From positions 1-16,217 of the forward strand of contig JAYUEN010000196.1 in the NCBI GenBank assembly GCA_043739185.1: a DNA stretch of 16,217 nt, written 5' to 3'. The position numbers were made by a program, and so were the translations under genes. The notes under the pieces are model-generated. The model searched no databases. It had not been told where the DNA came from and saw nothing but the letters and a program-made list of their open reading frames with translations. Source of the DNA: Bdellovibrionales bacterium (lineage in GTDB: Bacteria > Bdellovibrionota > Bdellovibrionia > Bdellovibrionales > JAMPXM01). Positions 7,704 to 16,044 of the stretch are shown one piece after another (the first letter of the stretch is position 1; each line of letters begins with the position of its first letter).

Positions 7704-8342
7704 ATGCAAATTTGGGAAGAAAAATTCAAAAAAAAGATTACAGAACTAAATGGGATCGAAGACCCGGCGCACGATTTGCTACATTTTATGCGTGTTGTTC
7801 AGCTTGCAAAAAAAATAGCTATAACAGAAAAAGCGAAGCTCGAAGTGGTGATTCCGGCAGCTTGGCTACATGACTTTGTCATCATTGCTAAAAACGACCC
7901 GCGGCGCTCACTGGCATCAAAGATTTCAGCAAAGGCCGCAGTCGAGTACTTGAATTCAATAGCTTACCCAGAGAAATATTTTGAAGAAATCGGGCATGCA
8001 ATTGAGAGCCATAGTTTTAGCGCAAATATTTCGCCCCAAAGTCTTGAAGCTAAAATTGTTCAAGATGCAGATCGCCTCGATGCACTTGGCGCAATTGGTA
8101 TCGCGAGGTGTTTTGCAACTTCAGGAATTTTAAAGACGGCGTTTTATTCTGAATTTGATCCATTTTGTAAAAAGCGAGTTATTGATGATGCCAAGTTCAC
8201 CATTGATCATTTTTATAAAAAATTGTTTAAAATTTCTGAAAGCCTTCAAACCCAAGCGGGAAGGCAAGAGGCTGAAAGAAGAATTAAAGTTATGAAGATT
8301 TTCTTATCTGATTTGTCTCTAGAAATTGAAGGAATAAGCTAG
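7704..8342 (+). CDS. HD-domain phosphohydrolase (YedJ/YpgQ-like)
   Basis: DPAHDLLHFMRV, AAWLHD, AIESHSFS, VQDADRLDALGAIGIARCF, IDHFYKKL. Confidence 0.92.
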   Translation: MQIWEEKFKKKITELNGIEDPAHDLLHFMRVVQLAKKIAITEKAKLEVVIPAAWLHDFVIIAKNDPRRSLASKISAKAAVEYLNSIAYPEKYFEEIGHAIESHSFSANISPQSLEAKIVQDADRLDALGAIGIARCFATSGILKTAFYSEFDPFCKKRVIDDAKFTIDHFYKKLFKISESLQTQAGRQEAERRIKVMKIFLSDLSLEIEGIS

Positions 8343-9464
8343 ATGAATTATCCCGACTTTGAAACCGAGTCTTATTTCGGAAAATATGAATTCACCAAGC
8401 CCTATATGCTTTCAGCATCAGATTGCGAAAGCATCAGCACTTCGGAGCTCATAGAGCTTGGTGGTGGATCTCTAGAAGAATTCGGCAAAGTTAAACTTGA
8501 TTACCCAAGTATGGAAGGCAGCCTTCAGCTACGCACCTTGATTAGCAAAACTTATGAGGACGTGGGCTCAGATCAAGTCCTCATTCTTGGTTCTCCAATT
8601 GAAGGGATTTATCTATCCACTCAAGCCATGCTCGAAATTGGAGATCACGCAATAGTTCTTTCACCTGCATATGATGCCTTATTTAATATGGTTCAAGCGC
8701 TAACCGGAAATGTGAGTCGTTGGATGCTGAAGGCAGAAGATGGGGCTTGGAAGCTCGATTTTGAAGAACTGCATCGTTTGATCAATAGTAAAACAAAATT
8801 GCTAATATTGAATTTCCCACATAATCCAACTGGCTTTTTGCCACGAAAAGAAGACTTTCTCAAACTGACAGCAATTGCAAAAAAGCATGGAATCTTCATT
8901 TTTTCAGACGAAATGTATCGTGGGCTTGAATATAATTTAGAATTTCAATTGCCCAGTGTAGCTGATCTTGAAATGAGTGCCATTACTCTTGGTGGTGTGT
9001 CGAAGAATCTTGGACTACCTGGTTTGAGGTTTGGCTGGTTGGTTTGTAAAGATGAAAATATTTATAAAAAGCTTCTGAATATGAAATCTTATATTTCAAT
9101 GTGTTCTCCCCAAACTCTTGATTATTTGGGGCAAATGGCAATGAAGGCGTATCCTCGTTTGGTTCAGAAAAACATTTTACTAATTAATGAAAATCTAAAA
9201 TTGGCACAGTTGTATTTTAATTCGAAAAAAAATCAAATGAGATTTCTGGCCCCCATGGCTGGTTCAGTAGCTCTTTTTAAGCTGCCTAATGGGTCTGCTG
9301 AAAAATTTTGTTTAGAAATGGCTGAGAATCACGGAATCGTGCTTTTGCCTGCGAAATTTATGGGGATTGCGGATCAGTATGTTCGCATGGGTTTTGGGCG
9401 AAAGAATTTTTCATTGTGCTTTGCGAAGTTCGTTGAGGTACTTGATAAAGTAAAGTTCGATTGA
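8343..9464 (+). CDS. PLP-dependent aminotransferase class I/II
   Basis: LSASDCES, NFPHNPTG, FSDEMYRGL, and the PLP lysine motif GVSKNLGLPGLRFGW. The ATG directly follows the HD gene stop (TAG|ATG). Confidence 0.92.
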   Translation: MNYPDFETESYFGKYEFTKPYMLSASDCESISTSELIELGGGSLEEFGKVKLDYPSMEGSLQLRTLISKTYEDVGSDQVLILGSPIEGIYLSTQAMLEIGDHAIVLSPAYDALFNMVQALTGNVSRWMLKAEDGAWKLDFEELHRLINSKTKLLILNFPHNPTGFLPRKEDFLKLTAIAKKHGIFIFSDEMYRGLEYNLEFQLPSVADLEMSAITLGGVSKNLGLPGLRFGWLVCKDENIYKKLLNMKSYISMCSPQTLDYLGQMAMKAYPRLVQKNILLINENLKLAQLYFNSKKNQMRFLAPMAGSVALFKLPNGSAEKFCLEMAENHGIVLLPAKFMGIADQYVRMGFGRKNFSLCFAKFVEVLDKVKFD

Positions 9465-9533
9465 AACAGAATTGAAAGACATCATTTAACCTTTTGAAAT
9501 ATTTTTAGTGTCCCTGAACCTAAGGGATGATTT

Positions 9534-10376
9534 ATGAAAATATTGGGTTTCGCATTTGTTTTAATTTTTTGGGGATGTACCAAAGTGAATTTCACTGCGA
9601 ATGCCCCTGTTCCGTCGCAAGAAGTTCAAGCCCCAGTGGGGCCCATTGCGGCGCCAAGCCCAACTCCAGCTCCTGTGAAATGTGTGAAAACAATTGATCA
9701 GACAACAGAGAATTTGCGAATTATTTTTATGGTGGATAATTCTGGCTCAACACTTGATACGGATCCCAACCAACAAATCAGAGTGCAGACGATCCGAAAT
9801 TTTATTGCGAAATATGGGATGAAAGCCAATTTTACCTATAGCTTTGGTTTTTTTTCAGACGATACTTATTTTTATAATACCAGTACAAAAAAGTTCATAG
9901 ATGTCAGCAGGTCAGGAATTTCCTCAATTAAGTTTGGGGCTAGCGGGGACTTGGTCAATGCGCTTAATTCATTCAATCAAATTGATGGTTTTGGAGGAAC
10001 CAATTATTCACCAGCACTTGGTGCGGTTTCCAAAATTATTTCGCAAGACCCTGCTTCAAAAGAGAATTGGAACTATATAGTGATTTTTATGTCGGATGGT
10101 CAGCCGTCTGATATTTTAGATCCAGTTATAGATCATCTCAAATCTTTAGTCGATTTGGTCACGGTGGCAGCGCATTCACATAAGGCGCTGGCAACGATGA
10201 GCACTGTTCTCTTTGATCCAATTCATGATTCTCAGTATCCCTCAAGCTCTGACAATCTTAAGTATCTAGCAAAGCAGGGAAAGGGGCAGTATTTTGATAC
10301 GAATTTTCCTCCGGCAGGAGGTCTAGCTATTGACGATATTATTTCTGTACCTGGCGAAAAGTGTAGTCAGGATTAG
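9534..10376 (+). CDS. vWA-domain lipoprotein
   Basis: Lipobox-like FWGC; Pro-rich linker; MIDAS DNSGS; GGTNY; IFMSDGQP; LA..GKGQYF. Confidence 0.88.
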   Translation: MKILGFAFVLIFWGCTKVNFTANAPVPSQEVQAPVGPIAAPSPTPAPVKCVKTIDQTTENLRIIFMVDNSGSTLDTDPNQQIRVQTIRNFIAKYGMKANFTYSFGFFSDDTYFYNTSTKKFIDVSRSGISSIKFGASGDLVNALNSFNQIDGFGGTNYSPALGAVSKIISQDPASKENWNYIVIFMSDGQPSDILDPVIDHLKSLVDLVTVAAHSHKALATMSTVLFDPIHDSQYPSSSDNLKYLAKQGKGQYFDTNFPPAGGLAIDDIISVPGEKCSQD

Positions 10377-10499
10377 CATTTGTTTACGAACGTTGCGCAC
10401 CAAAACAAGGGATCAAAATATTACTAAATTTACTTGGCCCTTTGTCTGTTGATCCTTAAGGGAAATGATCCGAAATAATCTACTACTGGAGGAAGTGGT

Positions 10500-11597
10500 A
10501 TGAAACTTTGGATGTCGAATCTCCTTGATCAACTAGGCCTCACCATTGAAACAAAAGAAAAAACCTCGCCTCTTTCAGAAGAGCACGCAACGCTATTGTA
10601 TATCATAGATGTTTATAATCGAAATCTTTTTCAGATCGATCAGCATCCCATTCGGAAAGTGCGAAGTATATTAGATGCCTTTTCTAAGGAACTTGTTCAG
10701 CATCATGAAAATCGACCGAATGATGAGGTATTATTTAAATTTAGACAATGGTTTTCAAGTTACCGAACTGAAGAATACGGATATATTCAAAATACCTTTG
10801 AAGACTTTAAAGGTATCATTTGGGATTTTGCAGATCAACTTGCTGAAGAACTTACGGTTGAAAAGAAAAAAGACGACAGTGTTAATTCAAGCTTAAATTT
10901 ATTGCGCGAGGCAGTTGAAAGTAACTCAATTGAGGCTTTAAGGACGAGATCACGCGAATTTATAAATTTATACATAGATACTCAGTCTCAGAAAGACGAA
11001 CGAAGACAAAAGAAAATCAAGTCGATTCGAAAGAATCTTTCAACTATAAAAAAGCAACTTTCAGAGGCTCATAAAACTGTCAACTTAGATCACCTAACTG
11101 GTGCTTATAATCGCCGAAGTTTTGATGAACAGGCCAAACGTTGCAAGACAATTTTTGAGATCTCTGAAAATCCGGTTTCGATGATTGTACTCGATATCGA
11201 TTTTTTTAAAAAAATAAATGATAGCTATGGTCATGATATAGGTGATTTTGTCTTAAAAGAATTTGTCCACCTTCTGCAACAAGTATTCAATCGCACCGAG
11301 GATATGATCTGCCGAATAGGAGGCGAAGAGTTCGCGGTCTTACTTCCGGGATTTACTCTAGAAAATGCCGTTAAAAAAGCCGAAGAAGCGATCGCACGTA
11401 TTCGAAAAGATGTTCTCGTGCAAGGTGATCTCAAAATTGCCTTTACGGCCTCAATGGGGATCGCACAACTACTGCAAAGTGAAACTGTAGAACAATGGCT
11501 CAAGAGAACCGATACGGCCCTTTATGCTTCAAAACATAATGGACGAGATCGCTTTACCGTAGCTCAGCTATCTATTGTCTCAGATCGAGTCGCCTAG
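10500..11597 (+). CDS. Diguanylate cyclase (GGEEF) with a helical N-terminal region
   Basis: SD GGAGG; DHLTGAYNRR, LDIDFFKKINDSYGHDIGD, RIGGEEF, TASMGIA, DTALYASKHNGRDR. The I-site RTED (RxxD) is intact, five residues before GGEEF. Confidence 0.95.
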   Translation: MKLWMSNLLDQLGLTIETKEKTSPLSEEHATLLYIIDVYNRNLFQIDQHPIRKVRSILDAFSKELVQHHENRPNDEVLFKFRQWFSSYRTEEYGYIQNTFEDFKGIIWDFADQLAEELTVEKKKDDSVNSSLNLLREAVESNSIEALRTRSREFINLYIDTQSQKDERRQKKIKSIRKNLSTIKKQLSEAHKTVNLDHLTGAYNRRSFDEQAKRCKTIFEISENPVSMIVLDIDFFKKINDSYGHDIGDFVLKEFVHLLQQVFNRTEDMICRIGGEEFAVLLPGFTLENAVKKAEEAIARIRKDVLVQGDLKIAFTASMGIAQLLQSETVEQWLKRTDTALYASKHNGRDRFTVAQLSIVSDRVA

Positions 11598-11685
11598 TAT
11601 TTTTGAACACTTGCGTGTGATAGTTTGACATCGTCAAAAGCAAGCTCAGCACTTCAAATTTAAAGCCAGTGTCTTGAAATTTCTG

Positions 11686-11707
11686 CTGTCAGAAAATAGC
11701 CTGACAG
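11686..11707. promoter_or_regulatory. Inverted repeat, putative transcription-factor site
   Basis: CTGTCAG-N8-CTGACAG with perfect 7-bp arms and no T-tract, ~90 bp upstream of the protease start. A second inverted repeat, TTTGAC-N3-GTCAAA, lies at 11624-11638. Confidence 0.4.
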
Positions 11708-11795
11708 TGTCGCCGATTTTTCATCTCCAAACGAATTTAGCTTGTGCTGGGCCTGGCCCATTATTGCAGTTGAACCCTGGCAAGGAGGTTCAACA

Positions 11796-12791
11796 ATGAA
11801 CTTGAAATATCAAAATACAATACTAAACATTTTTGGTGCACTATGGGTGCTAGGAGGAATTGAAAGTACAAACGCATTGACCCTTTCAAAGAATGAACTG
11901 GTGCCAGTGGTCGCAGTCATCGATACCGGAGTCGACATTCAACATCCTATCCTAAAGGATCAGATATGGAATAATCCGGGTGAAACTGGCAGCGATCGAT
12001 ATGGTCGAAACAAAGCCAATAATAATATAGATGATGATTCAAATGGCTATATCGATGATGTTCATGGCTGGAATTTTTTAGCCAATAACAATAATATAAG
12101 TGATCACATCGGACACGGAACTCATATTGCCGGAATCATCGTTTCTCAAAGTAAAAAAATGGCCCAGGCTTCGCAGCATTCTCCGGTTAAGTTGATGATC
12201 CTTAAATTTTATGATGTTGGGGTATCAGGCGAAAAAGTATTAAATGCAACCGCGAAAGCAATTGAATATGCAACCAAGATGAATGCTCACTTAATAAATT
12301 ATTCAGCCGGAGGGCGAACGGCTTCGCCTCGGGAATATCAAGCCCTGCTCAGAGCAAAGGACGCCAATATTATGGTTATTGCTGCCGCCGGAAATGATCA
12401 CACAGACAATGACCTCTTACCATTTTTTCCGGCTAGCTATCATCTATCAAATGTCATGGCGGTAGCAGCAACGGATGAAGAAGGAAGGCTCCTGCCAACC
12501 AGTAATTTTGGAAAGCGATCGGTTATAAGGCAAGCGCCTGGCAAAGATGTTCTTTCAAGTCTTCCGGGTGGGAAGATGGGCAAACTATCGGGAACTTCGC
12601 AAGCCACTGCTGCGGTCACGGCGCAATTGATTCTTGAGAAATTTCGCATGAATGCGATTCAAAAAGGTATGGAGGAGGTTGAGAGAATATTTGAACTTGA
12701 ATTAAAACCTGAGCTACCAAAAACCAAAATGAGTGAATTGAATATTCGCACTCCGAGCGTTATTCATGGCGTAGTTCAAGATTTTAAATGA
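11796..12791 (+). CDS. S8 family (subtilisin-like) serine peptidase
   Basis: Start placed at ATG 11796 because of SD AGGAGG at 11783-11788. Catalytic motifs VAVIDTG, GHGTHIAG, AAAGN and SGTSQA; NNIDDDSNGYIDDVHGWNF insertion. Confidence 0.93.
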   Translation: MNLKYQNTILNIFGALWVLGGIESTNALTLSKNELVPVVAVIDTGVDIQHPILKDQIWNNPGETGSDRYGRNKANNNIDDDSNGYIDDVHGWNFLANNNNISDHIGHGTHIAGIIVSQSKKMAQASQHSPVKLMILKFYDVGVSGEKVLNATAKAIEYATKMNAHLINYSAGGRTASPREYQALLRAKDANIMVIAAAGNDHTDNDLLPFFPASYHLSNVMAVAATDEEGRLLPTSNFGKRSVIRQAPGKDVLSSLPGGKMGKLSGTSQATAAVTAQLILEKFRMNAIQKGMEEVERIFELELKPELPKTKMSELNIRTPSVIHGVVQDFK

Positions 12792-13540
12792 AAATCTAAT
12801 TTCGGTCGAACACCCCGAAATCTATCAAAGTACAGCGTCGATCCAAACAAAACTCCGGTAATGAAGAGTGGAAGTAAAAATCCCTTATAGCCCATGCGAG
12901 TAAATGCAAAGCCGCCTATCAAAGATCCTAGGCCAAAAAAAATAATAAGTCCGACGCGCACCAAATTGGCTCTGACTTCATCTTCAATCGAATAGTCTAA
13001 TTTTTTTCGATGCAAAACCCGAACGATGCCGATGCCTAAATCAGTCGTAATTCCTGTCAAATGGGTGGTTCGAACAACAGCTCTTGAAACCGTTGTGATC
13101 ATACCATTTTGCATTCCACAGATAAGACAAAGTAAAGCCAAAAGACCGTAATCTGAAAGGGCAAGCGGCCCTCCGAATTCACCAAAGGCTCCGTTGAATC
13201 CGGTGACGACAATGAAGAGTAAAAGCAAAAACAAGACGCCGAAAATAATATAATATTTTGGTCGTTTATGAAGTTTTAAGCGGATATCTACCAAGAGCCC
13301 ACTTAAGACCGCGCCCAAAAGAAAGAAGAGTGGGACAAGTAGCATACCAAGAGCACTTGAATAATCGTGTTTGGTAACCTCAACTCCGAAAAAAGTCGCA
13401 AAGCCTGTGACATGAGAAACGAATCTTCCGCAGGCGAGAAAGCCACCCATATTCAAAAGGCCGCCCTGAAAGGCGAGCGCCATCCAAATGCAAACATTGC
13501 TCGGAGTATAGGTAGAAATGGATTCATTTCCGTAAAGCAT
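12776..13540 (-). CDS. YoaK / DUF1275 family membrane protein
   Basis: Start placed at ATG 13540 (AGGA SD; MLYGNES...). About six hydrophobic helices; motifs G..N..GFL...FVSHVTG, GMQNG and VRTTHLTG..TDLG. Confidence 0.9.
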   Translation of the reverse strand: MLYGNESISTYTPSNVCIWMALAFQGGLLNMGGFLACGRFVSHVTGFATFFGVEVTKHDYSSALGMLLVPLFFLLGAVLSGLLVDIRLKLHKRPKYYIIFGVLFLLLLFIVVTGFNGAFGEFGGPLALSDYGLLALLCLICGMQNGMITTVSRAVVRTTHLTGITTDLGIGIVRVLHRKKLDYSIEDEVRANLVRVGLIIFFGLGSLIGGFAFTRMGYKGFLLPLFITGVLFGSTLYFDRFRGVRPKLDFHLKS

Positions 13541-13818
13541 TTGTTTTCCTAAAGCTGCGTAAAAGAGAAAAGATCTTATACGCGAAGTTTCGCAACAGGC
13601 TTTACTTATTTTACAAAGGAGCACCTACTTTATTCAATGTAAAATAAAATGAGTTTGATTGAGAATTGGTGGTTAAAATAAATTCACCAGGCTAAGGTCT
13701 GTAGTCTTGAGTGCATTGGGCAAATCGAATGTGTATCAGTTTGAGCCACTCGCTCAAGTTCTGTTTCCAAAGCATCACTCGGCACTTATAATCAAACTAA
13801 GATAACCGATGAGACTCA

Positions 13819-15312
13819 ATGCTTTATAAGAAACTAAGTCTATTGCAGTTTGCGGCCTTTTCGATTTCAATGTTGATTTCAGTTTTATCCTATCAAAACT
13901 GCACTTCAAGTTTTCAAACAAATACCAATGTCAATACTTCGACTTCATCTCAATCCGCAGACCCAGCTGTACCTTGGTGCTGCGCCAATCTTGATGAAAA
14001 TCATCTTGAAATGGGTGGCCCTGTTCACAGTTTCTTTGATATAGGAGCTTATCCGGAAAATCCCACTACAGAAAATTGGAATAGTGGAGTTAAATCTATA
14101 ATTGCACGCTATCATTTGGATCCTCAGAAGGTCCGAAATCAATTGGCAGACATTCGTGCCGCGGGGCAAACAAAAATTGGCTTTAATATCTATTTTGTTG
14201 AGTCATTGACCGTCGAAGAGTGGATCCACTGTGTTTCCCCAACTCAAGAAGGAAGTTTGCGTCCGCAACACGCTCAGAATTTAGTAAATTTTTTGACGGA
14301 TATTCAAAATGCTGGTTTTGAACAGGTGCAGATTCGCTTTGGCCCACAAGGCGGAGCGAGTGTCGACATCAATAATACAGTCTTCAATCAAAGCATTTTT
14401 GATTTTCATTGGAATATGGTCAGAAGCACCCATCAGCTTGTTTCTGCGATGAATTTTAAAATGAAGATTTTTTTTGATCCCACACCAGAATTTGTTGGTC
14501 TACCTCATGTTGCCACAAATCCAGCTTTCAATAAATATATTAAAAGCATGTATCAGAACTATGTAACAGCATTTGGAGCCAACGATATAATTCAGGCTTT
14601 TAATGGCGCAGATTTAAGTGGCAGCATTGCAACATTGCAAATCTATAAAGACGTTGGCGTTTTTCCCTCAATCATTGCCATTGATATCTATCACGACTTC
14701 GATGCAACTTTTGGGCGTTTAGCTAAAGTCCTTACGCAGTTTGGAATTCCGAAGCATCCAATTTTTGTGCAAGAAACTTTCTTCAATGATGAGCGAAGTG
14801 CTTTTGAAATTATCAGAGCTAAGAAAAATTATGCTTTGAATATTCGTTATGTGATGAACTGGCCACTCTCGCGAGCAGAAGATTCAAAGCGACGAGGCAG
14901 CCAAGTCGATATCAGGTCAATGAATCAATACGGCAGTTTTGCGTCCTACGTTGTTGGCTCTGGTTTCTCTCCCGGGCCAATTCCAGATAATTTTCGCCTG
15001 CCAGACCCGTCAGGAATTACTCCAACTTTAATAAGCGCAAACTCGTCGGGCAATGTATTGCGGATTTCAGCTTCGAATCTCGAATCAGATTTTCGAATCG
15101 ATGTTAGAAAGGTCGGGAATCCCGGGATTGATTGGGTCTACTTTCAATTTGATGATATGACTCTCTTGCAAAACAATTTCGGAACCGAAATAACTTTAAC
15201 CGTAAATGCCATTCCCATTCTCGCTGCGATTTCAAATCCGGGTGTTGAATTCTGGCTCGTGAACCCAACTTCGCATACAGCGGTTAAAGCCATTACGGTC
15301 ACTGGTCCGTGA
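13819..15312 (+). CDS. Lipoprotein with probable glycoside-hydrolase-like TIM barrel and a C-terminal beta domain
   Basis: Signal ending SYQNC; Ser/Thr linker; alternating beta/alpha pattern with candidate catalytic Glu residues in FFDPTPEF and PIFVQET. The CDS is secure; the function is tentative. Confidence 0.7.
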   Translation: MLYKKLSLLQFAAFSISMLISVLSYQNCTSSFQTNTNVNTSTSSQSADPAVPWCCANLDENHLEMGGPVHSFFDIGAYPENPTTENWNSGVKSIIARYHLDPQKVRNQLADIRAAGQTKIGFNIYFVESLTVEEWIHCVSPTQEGSLRPQHAQNLVNFLTDIQNAGFEQVQIRFGPQGGASVDINNTVFNQSIFDFHWNMVRSTHQLVSAMNFKMKIFFDPTPEFVGLPHVATNPAFNKYIKSMYQNYVTAFGANDIIQAFNGADLSGSIATLQIYKDVGVFPSIIAIDIYHDFDATFGRLAKVLTQFGIPKHPIFVQETFFNDERSAFEIIRAKKNYALNIRYVMNWPLSRAEDSKRRGSQVDIRSMNQYGSFASYVVGSGFSPGPIPDNFRLPDPSGITPTLISANSSGNVLRISASNLESDFRIDVRKVGNPGIDWVYFQFDDMTLLQNNFGTEITLTVNAIPILAAISNPGVEFWLVNPTSHTAVKAITVTGP

Positions 15313-15444
15313 GCTAGCTGTTCAGTTAGCCAGTATACCTTGAAAATAAAATCTGGGTTGTTGAAGGCACGATGAACAAGCCTGAAGTTGGCGGAGTGAC
15401 ACGCGCAGAGATATCTCAAGTCACAGGGAAGATTATTAACTTAA

Positions 15445-15559
15445 GCCACGCTAAGTAATGCGAGTTCGGCGATTTAGTGGCAAAGCCACACTTGAAATTG
15501 TAGTCTTCTAGTTGTATACAGAGCCCTAGAATTTAGACGAGAACTGGGCTTTACCACTA
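15445..15559. other. Structured intergenic element with alternative pairings
   Basis: 15475-15487 TAGTGGCAAAGCC pairs with 15547-15559 GGCTTTACCACTA (12/13) and encloses TTCTAG/CTAGAA. Competing stems are 15445-56/15472-81 and 15520-26/15546-52. Confidence 0.4.
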
Positions 15560-15588
15560 TCCAATTAATACAAATGCAGAGGCTGTAA

Positions 15589-16044
15589 ATGAAAAATAGA
15601 ATCCTATTAAATTCTTATGGGTCAATTTATGCGAAGCTTTTTCTTGCGTTTAGTTTGGTTGGTTTGTTTCAAATGGCCTTTGCAGAATCTAATGTTGAAG
15701 TTTCGAGTAATGGGCGTGAGTTGATGGCCTCCGCTCGAATTGATATAAGAGTTATAGTACCTGAAGTTTGTCAGGTTAAGATAGTTCCATCGGTAGACAG
15801 CGAAAAGGCTGCATTAGGTAGTATTTCAATATTGTGCAACCGAATGAATCCGCCCCAACTAGGCGTACTCAACTTTCAAGAAGGTCTGGAATCTAAATTT
15901 AATTTGAGCTTAACTAGTACATGCGACGAGCTGGTAAGTGTTATTGATTTTTATGCGAATCTAAAATGGCAAAAAGCCTATATATGTCCCGTGGTGCCAG
16001 GGATACAGTTAGAAGAACTTCATGCGCTGGTCACATTTCTTTAG
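15589..16044 (+). CDS. Secreted hypothetical protein (151 aa)
   Basis: GAGG SD; signal peptide ending AFA; four Cys; beta-rich (ASARIDIRVIVPEVC). Confidence 0.65.
   Translation: MKNRILLNSYGSIYAKLFLAFSLVGLFQMAFAESNVEVSSNGRELMASARIDIRVIVPEVCQVKIVPSVDSEKAALGSISILCNRMNPPQLGVLNFQEGLESKFNLSLTSTCDELVSVIDFYANLKWQKAYICPVVPGIQLEELHALVTFL

Noticed and set aside
5074..8342. Helicase next to an HD domain as a split Cas3
   Set aside because: The motifs are Ski2/DUF3516 and YedJ-like rather than Cas3, and there are no cas genes or repeat-spacer array in the window.
11754..11768. Sigma-54-like TGGCCCATTATTGCA before the protease
   Set aside because: The GG-to-GC spacing is 9 nt rather than the required 10.
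2188..15419. Short alternative-frame or antisense ORFs (2188, 2275, 2520, 3630, 6957, 7207, 8693, 10675, 11231, 12440, 13367, 13945, 15144)
   Set aside because: All lie within or largely overlap well-supported genes and show no independent coding signal.
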